Source: an uncultured Muribaculaceae bacterium | Lineage (GTDB): Bacteria; Bacteroidota; Bacteroidia; Bacteroidales; Muribaculaceae | Assembly (NCBI GenBank): GCA_947175145.1 | Contig: CAMWLY010000001.1 | Location: 6,678-70,677 of the forward strand | Reading direction: 5' to 3' | DNA length: 64,000 nucleotides | In this document: positions 27,535 through 36,246 of the stretch, piece after piece | Layout: each line of letters begins with the position of its first letter | Position numbering within the stretch: position 1 is the stretch's first letter | The notes under the pieces: model-generated | The model's database searches: none | What the model was told of the DNA's origin: nothing | Seen by the model: the letters and a program-made list of their open reading frames with translations, nothing else | Program-made: the position numbers and the translations under genes

Positions 27535-28644
27535 TTATGCAAAATTCTTATAAGATTGCCGCGGTTTTCTGCCTGTCAGGAGCATAATCAGTGCCGGACA
27601 ATATCTTTTGGCAAGAAAGTAAAGTGCTACAAGAAGAATTGGAGCTGTCACTGCGATTACAGATTGTAATGGCTGCCGGACTTCGGAATTGTCGGTCCCG
27701 AAAAATATTACAGCTATGACATCGGCCAGTAGCAGGCATCCCAGATAAACCAGAAAGGAGGACTCCCCCAGTTTCATAATCAGGGAGTTCTTATAATTCC
27801 CCTCTTTATCTTTCTTAGGGCGCGACAATCGTGCAGCCAGCCGAAACTCCAGTATGATTGCCCAGAATGGAGCGAGCAGAGCTATCAGCCTGGTTTTCGG
27901 ATATGAGAAGAGTTCATAATTGGCCGATGTGTGGCGCGTGTATGTGTAAGCTATCAACCCTAATATGGCTAACGCTACAAGCCAATATCCACCCTTTCTG
28001 ATTTCGGTCAGAGGGTCTGTGTTATTGACCGCACACCAGACTCCGAGAGTAAAGAAGAAGATAGCGGCATTGCCGAAACCGGGCAGAGGTATACCGATAA
28101 AAAGGAAATACCAGGCCGTGATCAGAATCAGAGTTATTTTCGGCAGATGCCGGCACATCCAGAGTAATACAGGAGCTATCAGCATCATGGCAACCAGGTC
28201 ATGCAGATACCAGAGATGAGCCATGCCGTGGACTTGAGACATAAATCTTTTATGACCGCTTGCGGGCCAATAGTCAGGCATATCTCTGAGGCCGAATGCT
28301 TCGTAGATATAGGAGCCGACCGGGTGCTGCGCGAAGTTCACTGCCAGAATCCAGCATAAAAAGGTCCAGAGCAGAAAGGCCCAGACTATAGGGAGAGTCT
28401 TGTGTCGCCATGTGCCGAGCCATTCGCGTGGAGTGGCCGGTATCCGCTTGGCAAAAAAGAGATAACCGGATATAAAGAAGAGTGGTTCTATGACTCCTAT
28501 ATTGCATATCGCATACAGGAAGCCATAAAACCATGAATAGTCAAGCGTCTGACTCCCGAAATCCACCGAGTTATGGAAGAAAACAACCGGTAATACTATC
28601 GGGAATCTAAGCCAGGAGATAACTCTGCTTGTTTCGGTGGTCAT
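27535..28644 (-). CDS. Acyltransferase family 3 integral membrane O-acyltransferase
   Basis: 369 aa, about 10 TM segments. N-terminal ISWLRFPIVLPVVFFH is typical of acyltransferase_3. ATGA overlap with the upstream gene. Confidence 0.8.
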   Translation of the reverse strand: MTTETSRVISWLRFPIVLPVVFFHNSVDFGSQTLDYSWFYGFLYAICNIGVIEPLFFISGYLFFAKRIPATPREWLGTWRHKTLPIVWAFLLWTFLCWILAVNFAQHPVGSYIYEAFGLRDMPDYWPASGHKRFMSQVHGMAHLWYLHDLVAMMLIAPVLLWMCRHLPKITLILITAWYFLFIGIPLPGFGNAAIFFFTLGVWCAVNNTDPLTEIRKGGYWLVALAILGLIAYTYTRHTSANYELFSYPKTRLIALLAPFWAIILEFRLAARLSRPKKDKEGNYKNSLIMKLGESSFLVYLGCLLLADVIAVIFFGTDNSEVRQPLQSVIAVTAPILLVALYFLAKRYCPALIMLLTGRKPRQSYKNFA

Positions 28645-31322
28645 CGAACCACATTGAGCCTGATAGGGAGCATGTGTGACTGAGTCCGCGATTCCTTGAT
28701 GGTATAAGAGCCGGTGGGCACCATCTTGTTGTTGCGGTCGGTCAAATCCCAGTGTGTTATTCCACCCTTGGCAGCATCAAGCATAGTGATTACCTCACCA
28801 TTGTGGTCTATAACTGTAAGACGTGCATCATCAGGCACATTGTGAATAGCCACGATACCCGCGAAGTCGGGACCGACCTCTGCCGGATAAGCAAATGCTG
28901 ATGTTGAATCAGTGCGGGCTGCGGCTATATGTTCGTCGGCACGCACTTCGGCGATTCCGACACGTGTCGACACAAAGATTGACTTGGTGTCAGGATTCCA
29001 GCCGATACCCACAATCTCGTTGCTCGGAAGCGGCGAGTTGTCAGTGGTGTAATGCGCCATAACCTTGGAGCGGTCAGGAGATACGCAAATCACACCTGCA
29101 TCACTTGAGCCGATCCAAAGGCGGTTGTATTCATCAAAGCATACAGAACGTGCCGGCATCGGAGTGGGAAGCTGCTCAAAGCCATCGATTGAATCAAATG
29201 TAAGCATCTTCCCGGGCATCTTGGTGTCGACAACTTCCGCTCTGGGGTCAAAAATCAATACATCAGAACCTGTAGCCAGGATTACTTCACCGGTCACCGG
29301 GTCTTCGGCAAAATCATGAGTATAGTTAAATGCCTCTGCCGCACCTGTAACCGCGCTCTCAATTCTTTGGAACTTCTCTATGGTGTCGTCAGAAGTATCG
29401 TATGGAGTATTTTTTGTGTCGTAGACATAGATGGAGCGCAGACCGTTGATATCCTGTCCCTGCGGAGTGATTATGAAGAGGCCCTTGTTGCGGGGATGCT
29501 TGCACATATAGCCGAGGGCGTGGAAACCAAGCGTGTGTCCGAGGGGAATCTCAATCGAATGCCAGTCACCGGCAAGAGTCGGGTCTGAATTTTCGAGAGC
29601 TGCGCGGCGAGCTTCTGCCGGCCAGAAATATAGATAATAATTGGTTGTGATTCCCGATTTAAGGCTACCGCAACGAAGCATCCATAGATTATCATCATCA
29701 TCGACTCCGAGCATCTTCATATTTGAAGAGTTATTCCAGGTTCCGGCCCAAAGAGAAGCATCGGTGTGGAATGGCCATAGACTGTGATAATTTGTCTTTG
29801 AGGTGCTTATTACCGGGAGTTTTCTCGGGTCTGCTATATTGATTGATGCCACTCCATCCCAGCAGGAGCTGATATGAAGTATATCATCATTAATCGGGTC
29901 CAGAGATATACCGGTCGGGTCCGAGCAGGGGAAACGCACTGCTTTGGCGTTGTAATCAGCTGCAAGTGTCGGGTTGGTATCAATTATATACGGAGGATTA
30001 TAAAATGATGATAATCTGCGCCATTGACCATTTTTATAAGCGCAGGGGTGCGAACCGAACTTGTTGTTCGGGTTTTTTATTTCGGCACCGCCCTCATAGT
30101 TGACTGCTATCAGACCATGTTTGGGAGAATATTCAAACATCATCGCACCGCACATCTCAGGCATCCAGTCAGGGCGGTGATTCTCAATTAAATCAGTCAC
30201 AGTGTAATCGGGGAATGCAAATTTTGAGAATCGTCCGCGGGGGCGATAGGTCCAGAGATAATTATAATCCCATGAACTTGAATAGCGGGTCAGGTTGCTG
30301 TTCTGGATTTTGTGAACGCCGGGGACTCCATTTTCATCGGCCTCAATGGAATAAGCTACCTGATTACCACCAATCCACCAGCCTTTTGAGGTTTGCACAG
30401 GGCCATGGTCGGTTCTATCCACCAGGACTACGCTACTGTCTGACACCGGCTGCAGAAGTGCCGAGTCTTTTGCAAGCATTGTGGTAGACCAACCGGTAGA
30501 GGTGCGTGTGGCAAGCACAATCTCTCCCTGTTCGGTGAGATATACGATCATATCATTGCCGTAGGGGAGAATGCGTGTCGGATTACCGGTAACTCCGGTC
30601 ATTGCTCCGGTCATAGGTTTGAAAGCATCGCGGCGGTGCAAGTCCAGTCCGGCCACATATTCATTAAGCACACCATCGATAATCGCGAAAACTGTATTTC
30701 CGCTCTCAACTATGCTTTTTACTGAAGAATCCCAGTCGGCGTTGATGTCGATATTGAGTTTCTTGGTGTCAATTCGCAGATATCCGTTGCCGCAAGCCAC
30801 CCAGAGCTTATTGGTCGAATTATCGAGGTGAATATTATTGATCTGAAACGCGAAAGGCATGGAGCGATGTTTCAGCGCATCGAAATAGGTCACATTGCGC
30901 TCTGCAGAGATGATGTCGATGCCTCCGTCGGGATATGCCGCCGCCATCAGACCGGTATAGGGGTTGATTTCGAGCATCAAAACATCGCGCCCTGACAGAT
31001 TGATTTCCCTGCCTATATCCTCAATTTTAGCTCCGGGAGTATTCTTGTCGACTCTGAAGATTCCGGTAGAAGGGTTTGAGTATTCTTTCATCACCTCCTT
31101 GCCATAGTTCAGGTTCTTGTAATAGGGGTGCTGATATACGAAGAAATATACAGCATCGGGTGTATCGATTACCTTGCGTGCCGATTCATCAAAGGCGGTA
31201 TGCAATGTCCAGTTTGAATCAAGTTTCGATGGAGAGGAGGCTATTGCCGCAACCGGTTGAAACATTATTGTGGCCCCGATTGCAAGTGCCGAAAAGAGAG
31301 TTTTAGTTATGGATGCAAACAT
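28641..31322 (-). CDS. Secreted beta-propeller repeat protein with probable T9SS C-terminal sorting domain
   Basis: 893 aa. Signal peptide MFASITKTLFSALAIGATIMFQPVAAIA. Recurrent propeller-like NKLWVACGNGYLRI / NRLWIGSSDAGVICV repeats. C-terminus WDLTDRNNKMVPTGSYTIKE...PIRLNVVR resembles a T9SS CTD. Confidence 0.55.
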   Translation of the reverse strand: MFASITKTLFSALAIGATIMFQPVAAIASSPSKLDSNWTLHTAFDESARKVIDTPDAVYFFVYQHPYYKNLNYGKEVMKEYSNPSTGIFRVDKNTPGAKIEDIGREINLSGRDVLMLEINPYTGLMAAAYPDGGIDIISAERNVTYFDALKHRSMPFAFQINNIHLDNSTNKLWVACGNGYLRIDTKKLNIDINADWDSSVKSIVESGNTVFAIIDGVLNEYVAGLDLHRRDAFKPMTGAMTGVTGNPTRILPYGNDMIVYLTEQGEIVLATRTSTGWSTTMLAKDSALLQPVSDSSVVLVDRTDHGPVQTSKGWWIGGNQVAYSIEADENGVPGVHKIQNSNLTRYSSSWDYNYLWTYRPRGRFSKFAFPDYTVTDLIENHRPDWMPEMCGAMMFEYSPKHGLIAVNYEGGAEIKNPNNKFGSHPCAYKNGQWRRLSSFYNPPYIIDTNPTLAADYNAKAVRFPCSDPTGISLDPINDDILHISSCWDGVASINIADPRKLPVISTSKTNYHSLWPFHTDASLWAGTWNNSSNMKMLGVDDDDNLWMLRCGSLKSGITTNYYLYFWPAEARRAALENSDPTLAGDWHSIEIPLGHTLGFHALGYMCKHPRNKGLFIITPQGQDINGLRSIYVYDTKNTPYDTSDDTIEKFQRIESAVTGAAEAFNYTHDFAEDPVTGEVILATGSDVLIFDPRAEVVDTKMPGKMLTFDSIDGFEQLPTPMPARSVCFDEYNRLWIGSSDAGVICVSPDRSKVMAHYTTDNSPLPSNEIVGIGWNPDTKSIFVSTRVGIAEVRADEHIAAARTDSTSAFAYPAEVGPDFAGIVAIHNVPDDARLTVIDHNGEVITMLDAAKGGITHWDLTDRNNKMVPTGSYTIKESRTQSHMLPIRLNVVR

Positions 31323-31485
31323 GATGGTTTGACTGAATGGTATATTCGGAAAAGTTATTATGAGCAGCTCGGGAGAGCTGTGCGTAAAACGCTAATTAGT
31401 ATAACGAAAGATACGTGTAATCTATTTTATAGGGAAGATATTTTAAGGTTCCTCCCAATAATTGTTAACGCTTGTGAGCGGTGTC

Positions 31486-32142
31486 TCAGATTGAATCAGT
31501 GGCCAGGATATCTGCTTCGTCGGCAGTGCGGAGTGTGGGATCAAAACTTTGATCTGCGGGCACAAGATCCGGCTCGTCCATGTCGCGAAGTGAGTCGGTG
31601 GATTGTTCCGCTTCAGCCGCTTCATCTTGATAGGTAAATATCGGTTCCTCCTGCACTTGTTCTAATTCCATTGCCGTTGTGTCGGGCTGTGCTACCATGT
31701 TGGCATTAGGATTCAGAGTGCCGGAATTCATGGTGGTAATCATCATGAGCAAGCCGAGCAGAAAAAATGCTATGCAGCTGAAACCCAGCAGACAGTCTAT
31801 CCCTAAAAGGCGCAGGGGTTTGACCGGAGCAGCATCCGGATTCGTGTGCGAAGAGCGAACTATAAGCGCAGCCAGCGGGCAGAGCGATGCCGCGCCCCAT
31901 AGTATCCCGATTATCCATAGAGCCGAGAATCCGACTTCCGGCCCGAGAAGACCGACAAGACCCATGAGCACCCCGACTACTCCAAGCGTGATTACTCCCC
32001 ATGCAACCAGCGCACGCCATAGTGCACCCGGATTCTCTGTGCCGCTGAAATCAGCATAATGGTGCACAAACGGGCGAATGAAGTTGGACTCGAAAGTCCC
32101 TTCATACACATGCTTCGGATTTATTTGCTCTTTGAGTTTCAT
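31486..32142 (-). CDS. Membrane protein (3-4 TM, DUF805-like N-terminus) with acidic disordered C-terminal tail
   Basis: 218 aa. Hydrophobic core between residues ~45 and 140. The C-terminal ~70 aa are rich in D/E/Q/T. Confidence 0.5.
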   Translation of the reverse strand: MKLKEQINPKHVYEGTFESNFIRPFVHHYADFSGTENPGALWRALVAWGVITLGVVGVLMGLVGLLGPEVGFSALWIIGILWGAASLCPLAALIVRSSHTNPDAAPVKPLRLLGIDCLLGFSCIAFFLLGLLMMITTMNSGTLNPNANMVAQPDTTAMELEQVQEEPIFTYQDEAAEAEQSTDSLRDMDEPDLVPADQSFDPTLRTADEADILATDSI

Positions 32143-32174
32143 CGCGTCTTTGGCAAATTTACAAAAAATTAAAA

Positions 32175-32213
32175 AGGTGACAATAATTATTTAATTCATA
32201 ATTACTGTCACCT
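32175..32213 (-). promoter_or_regulatory. 16-bp-stem hairpin/palindrome overlapping a predicted promoter (terminator and/or operator)
   Basis: AGGTGACAATAATTAT (32175-32190) and ATAATTACTGTCACCT (32198-32213), one mismatch, 7-nt loop. On the minus strand it is followed by a T-rich run containing a -7 box TAAATTTG (32161-32154), 12 nt before the ATG at 32142. Confidence 0.5.
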
Positions 32214-32455
32214 CTCGGTTTATTTCAAATCAACTTTATTTCTTAATACTACTTGTAATAGTCGGCGCAACCTTCGAAATACGCCTTAATCATGTTTTTA
32301 ATAAACGATTTCATAATTTCATTAATTTTAAGCCATGATGGCTGATTCATGACTTAATAACGATGAAGAGGTGAAAATAGTTCTTAAAAACATGTTGTAA
32401 AACATATTTTTTAGCAAATTCTACGATATTCTGAGGGTAATCGGCAGATTGACAG

Positions 32456-33586
32456 CTATTTCGCAGATTCGATTTTTTTATAAAGATTAGCGATTTTCTC
32501 CCGATATCGGTCCGGGGTGAAGAGTCTTGCACGCTCGCGAGCGGCATCCGAGAGCTTCTGAAGCGACTCTTTTGGGGTTGTCGCGACTCTTTTGAGAGCA
32601 TCACCGAGCGATTCCTGATCGGGCAGATATGTAAATCCGACCTCGGGAATCACAACTTCAGGCAGTCCCCCGATTGAGGATGCAAGCAGCACACACCCTC
32701 GCGCCATTCCCTCTATGGCGGTCAGCCCGAAGCCTTCCGAGCGTGAGGGCATAAGCAGAATATCTATCTCATCATAGACTCCGGGCAGATTTTCCTGCAA
32801 TTGTCTGCCGATAAACCGCACTCGGTCGGAGATGCCGAGTTGCCGGGACTGGTCCTCCATAAGATTGCGTTGAGAACCATCTCCGGCCACAATAAGATTT
32901 AGCTCCGGGTTTACCTTTGCTGCTTCTGCAAATGCCGGAATCACAAGATCCATGCCCTTGATAGGTTCCAGTCGGCTTACAACTCCTATTACAAGTGCGC
33001 TGCCGATTTCCCTCTTTCTATCCGTGATAGTCATGGTCGAGGGGAGCGTATTGTTGATGGTGAAGTGTGCGCCCGGTTCAATAGTGGTGTCTGGGGTGAA
33101 GTAGGCAGCACTGCCGAAAAATGATTTTTCAGCTGCGAGGGTTATGCACTGAAACCCGGTGAGAGTCCGCCTGGAGAGCCATTGAATAATTTGGAGTCCG
33201 CGCGGAGAGTATATATCGGCTGCAGTGTGGGCTGTCGCTACAATTTTCTTGACACCTGATAATTTGAGGAGCAGGATAGGGATAGCACCCGGCGCCATAT
33301 ATTGCACATGAGCCACATCGGGTCTGAATTCGCGCACCGTGGCGCGGAGGTTGCGCAGCAGATGCATAGTCACCCGGCGGATTCCCTGAGGGCGGGTTCC
33401 ATCAGGGGAGAAAAGGCGCACCGAAGCACCGGCGCGACGATAGCGCTCCACCATGGAGGGTGCGTGTTCGAAATAGCAGCCCACACACACCTTGTGGCCG
33501 GCGGCTATTAGTGCTTCGACAAGGGCAAGCGTCTGAACTTCAGTGCCCCCGGTGAGCAGGCAGGGTATGGTTACAAGTACATTCAT
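32456..33586 (-). CDS. Glycosyltransferase family 4 (GT-B)
   Basis: 376 aa. GGTEVQ N-terminal motif. C-terminal LLMPSRSEGFGLTAIEGMARG (EX7E). Confidence 0.9.
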   Translation of the reverse strand: MNVLVTIPCLLTGGTEVQTLALVEALIAAGHKVCVGCYFEHAPSMVERYRRAGASVRLFSPDGTRPQGIRRVTMHLLRNLRATVREFRPDVAHVQYMAPGAIPILLLKLSGVKKIVATAHTAADIYSPRGLQIIQWLSRRTLTGFQCITLAAEKSFFGSAAYFTPDTTIEPGAHFTINNTLPSTMTITDRKREIGSALVIGVVSRLEPIKGMDLVIPAFAEAAKVNPELNLIVAGDGSQRNLMEDQSRQLGISDRVRFIGRQLQENLPGVYDEIDILLMPSRSEGFGLTAIEGMARGCVLLASSIGGLPEVVIPEVGFTYLPDQESLGDALKRVATTPKESLQKLSDAARERARLFTPDRYREKIANLYKKIESAK

Positions 33587-34738
33587 CTATTTAGCGTCGT
33601 ATCGTCTCCGGGTCAGATCCCGGGTTATTAGTTCGGCGGCGTATTCGGCGGCCACATAGGTGCCGAGGCGTTCGCGCATCTTGCGATAGCCGGCCAGCTG
33701 GGTATCGCGTTTCGGACTGGGCTGCAAGAGTGGCGATAGAGCCCGGCTTATAGAGTCTACGGTGCAGCGATGCACCAACAATTCGGGCACAATCTCATGT
33801 CCGGCTATAAGATTGGGTAGCGACACATACTTCACATGAAGCAGCTTCTCCATAATCTTATATGATATTTTGAGTCCGTTGGCGCGATATACCACCACCT
33901 GAGGGGTATTTACCAGAGCCGTTTCAAGCGTGGCCGTTCCCGAGGTCACGATTGCTGCTTGTGAGTATTTCAGCAGAGTGGTTGTAGAGCCGAAAATCAT
34001 CTTCAGCCCCGGATCCTGAGCGACTTCGCGATAGAATTTCTCGCTTACCGATGGTGCGGCGGCCACTGCATACTGAAATTCCGGGAAGCGTTTCGCCGCT
34101 TCAATCATAAGCGGCAGATTGTTTCGGATTTCACCGCGTCGCGAACCGGGGAGCAGCGCGATAATCGGGCGCGAATCATCAATGCCGTGCCGCTCCAGAA
34201 AGTGTTTGAGCGGGGGAATATGTCCTAAAGCGTATGCCACCTCCTGCACCGATGGATTCCCCACATAGGTCACATCATAGCCGTGGCGCTTATAGAACTG
34301 CACTTCAAAAGGGAGAATACTATACATGCGGTCCACAAAGCGCTTGATTTTTGCCACACGCCATTCCTTCCATGCCCAGACCTTGGGCGATATGAACCAG
34401 TGTGTGCGTATTCCGAGTTTGCGGGCATAGGCCGCCAGGCGCAGATTGAAACTCGGATAATCCACAAGTATCAGGGCGTCAGGGCGGAAATCCCTGAGCA
34501 GAGCCTTGGCTTGTCGCAGATTGCGCCAGATTCGTGGTAGCGCGCGGAGAACTTCGCTGAATCCCATCACATTCATTTCGCTGTAATGCAGATCCGGCTT
34601 GCGACGCGCCTGCGCCGCCATCAAATCGCCGCCAAAGAAGCGAAACTCCGCTTCATGATCAAATTCGCGTATCCATTTCACCAGGTGCGAGGCGTGAAGA
34701 TCGCCCGATGCCTCGCCGGCTATTAGCACATACTTCAT
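33587..34738 (-). CDS. lpxB: Lipid-A-disaccharide synthase
   Basis: 383 aa. MKYVLIAGEASGDLHASHLV and overall LpxB (GT19) layout. Its stop abuts the downstream GT4 start with zero gap. Confidence 0.95.
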   Translation of the reverse strand: MKYVLIAGEASGDLHASHLVKWIREFDHEAEFRFFGGDLMAAQARRKPDLHYSEMNVMGFSEVLRALPRIWRNLRQAKALLRDFRPDALILVDYPSFNLRLAAYARKLGIRTHWFISPKVWAWKEWRVAKIKRFVDRMYSILPFEVQFYKRHGYDVTYVGNPSVQEVAYALGHIPPLKHFLERHGIDDSRPIIALLPGSRRGEIRNNLPLMIEAAKRFPEFQYAVAAAPSVSEKFYREVAQDPGLKMIFGSTTTLLKYSQAAIVTSGTATLETALVNTPQVVVYRANGLKISYKIMEKLLHVKYVSLPNLIAGHEIVPELLVHRCTVDSISRALSPLLQPSPKRDTQLAGYRKMRERLGTYVAAEYAAELITRDLTRRRYDAK

Positions 34739-34779
34739 CTGTTGAAAATAAATGATGGCGCTCCCGCGTTATTAGTCTT

Positions 34780-36240
34780 ATGAAGTCTGATAAGCTTATG
34801 AAACTGTGCCAGAGTGTTAAAGCTCACTTCACAGGTATGCGCCTGTTGCTACTACTCATGGTGGTTCTGCCGGGTCTCGGAGCGGTGTCATGTATCGATG
34901 ACTCTATATCGACATCTCCGCATGATTTACTCTCTTTCTCGCGCGATACCGTGAATTTCGATACCGTATTTACCGATTTGACTACACCCACGGCTCGCCT
35001 TGTGGTGCGAAATCGCGCTAAAAAGGGACTCAACATCTCCTCCATTAAATTCAAACGTACAGACACGCGTTTTCGTCTGAATGTAGATGGAGTGAGTGGA
35101 AATGAGTTTCATAATGTGGAGATTCGCGGCCGCGATTCCATATATGTTTTCATAGAGTGCATGATTCCCGAAACCGAGGGAAATACCCCCCGCCTTGAAG
35201 CTGATGACCTTGAATTTGTGACAAACGGAGTGACTCAGACTGTGCGGGTGGAGGCTTACGGACAAAATGTGACTCGCCTGCGCAATGTGCGTGTATCCGG
35301 CGATATGCGTCTCACAGCTGACCGCCCGTATGTGATTTTTGATTCACTCACAGTGGAGCGCGGAGCGGTGCTCAGAATTGACCCCGGAGTGCAGATGCTG
35401 TTTCATGACGGGGCCTCGCTGGTCGTAGAAGGCAGGATTGAAGCTCTGGGTGAGGCCGGTAAATTGATAAATATGCGCGGTGACCGACTCGACAATGTGC
35501 TGCCCGATGTGGGTTATGATATTTTGGCCGGCCAGTGGCGCGGTGTGAGAATCGCTGCCTGCTCATTCGACAATCGTTTGGAATTTGTGGACATGCGGAG
35601 CACTGTGCGTGGACTTGAACTCGATTCATGCGGTGACTTGTCGCGTCAGAAACTGACACTTCGCAATTCATGGCTCCACAACTCGCAGGGTAATGTGCTG
35701 ACCTCCCGATATGCCAAGGTTGATGCTTTCGGTTGCTGCTTTTCCGAAGCCGCCGAATCTGTGGTCAGACTCGAAGCCGGAGTCCATGAGTTTCTGCAGT
35801 GCACCTTCGCCAATTATTATCTGTTCTCTTCAATCGGCGGAGCTATGATTTGGCTGGAGGGTGTCAGTGAAGATGACAATAATCCTGATTTTGTGCCCAT
35901 GAAAGCCCGGTTCCTGAATTCTATCGTGTATGGTCTCGGTGACACGGTCAATATCGGTGAATTGACAGGCACACAGGTATTCTTCAAGTATGTGTCGTTT
36001 GGAGTCAAGGGTGACAATGATGATAACTTTGTGGCTTGTCTTTGGGATACTGACCCGATGTTTCTGACGCGTCGCGATGATTATTATTTCAACTACCGAT
36101 TGCAGGAAGATTCTCCTGTGGCTGCGGCCGGTAACCCGGATTTTGTGACTCCGGCCGTGGCGGTCGATATGTATGGAGTGTCACGCCTGGGTCACGGTAA
36201 CCCCTCGCTCGGTGCTTTTCAGGTGGATTTCAATAAATAA
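34780..36240 (+). CDS. Predicted lipoprotein, possibly parallel beta-helix fold, unknown function
   Basis: 486 aa. Lipobox LGAVSC; the true start may be the internal Met at 34837 (MRLLLLLMVV...). Repetitive short beta-strand pattern in the C-terminal half. Confidence 0.6.
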   Translation: MKSDKLMKLCQSVKAHFTGMRLLLLLMVVLPGLGAVSCIDDSISTSPHDLLSFSRDTVNFDTVFTDLTTPTARLVVRNRAKKGLNISSIKFKRTDTRFRLNVDGVSGNEFHNVEIRGRDSIYVFIECMIPETEGNTPRLEADDLEFVTNGVTQTVRVEAYGQNVTRLRNVRVSGDMRLTADRPYVIFDSLTVERGAVLRIDPGVQMLFHDGASLVVEGRIEALGEAGKLINMRGDRLDNVLPDVGYDILAGQWRGVRIAACSFDNRLEFVDMRSTVRGLELDSCGDLSRQKLTLRNSWLHNSQGNVLTSRYAKVDAFGCCFSEAAESVVRLEAGVHEFLQCTFANYYLFSSIGGAMIWLEGVSEDDNNPDFVPMKARFLNSIVYGLGDTVNIGELTGTQVFFKYVSFGVKGDNDDNFVACLWDTDPMFLTRRDDYYFNYRLQEDSPVAAAGNPDFVTPAVAVDMYGVSRLGHGNPSLGAFQVDFNK

Positions 36241-36246
36241 TCCGTA

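Noticed and set aside
32347-32604. 85-aa minus-strand ORF upstream of the 33-aa small ORF.
   Set aside because: It overlaps the 3' end of the GT4 gene in a different frame and is Ser/Arg/Lys-rich low complexity, so it is likely spurious.
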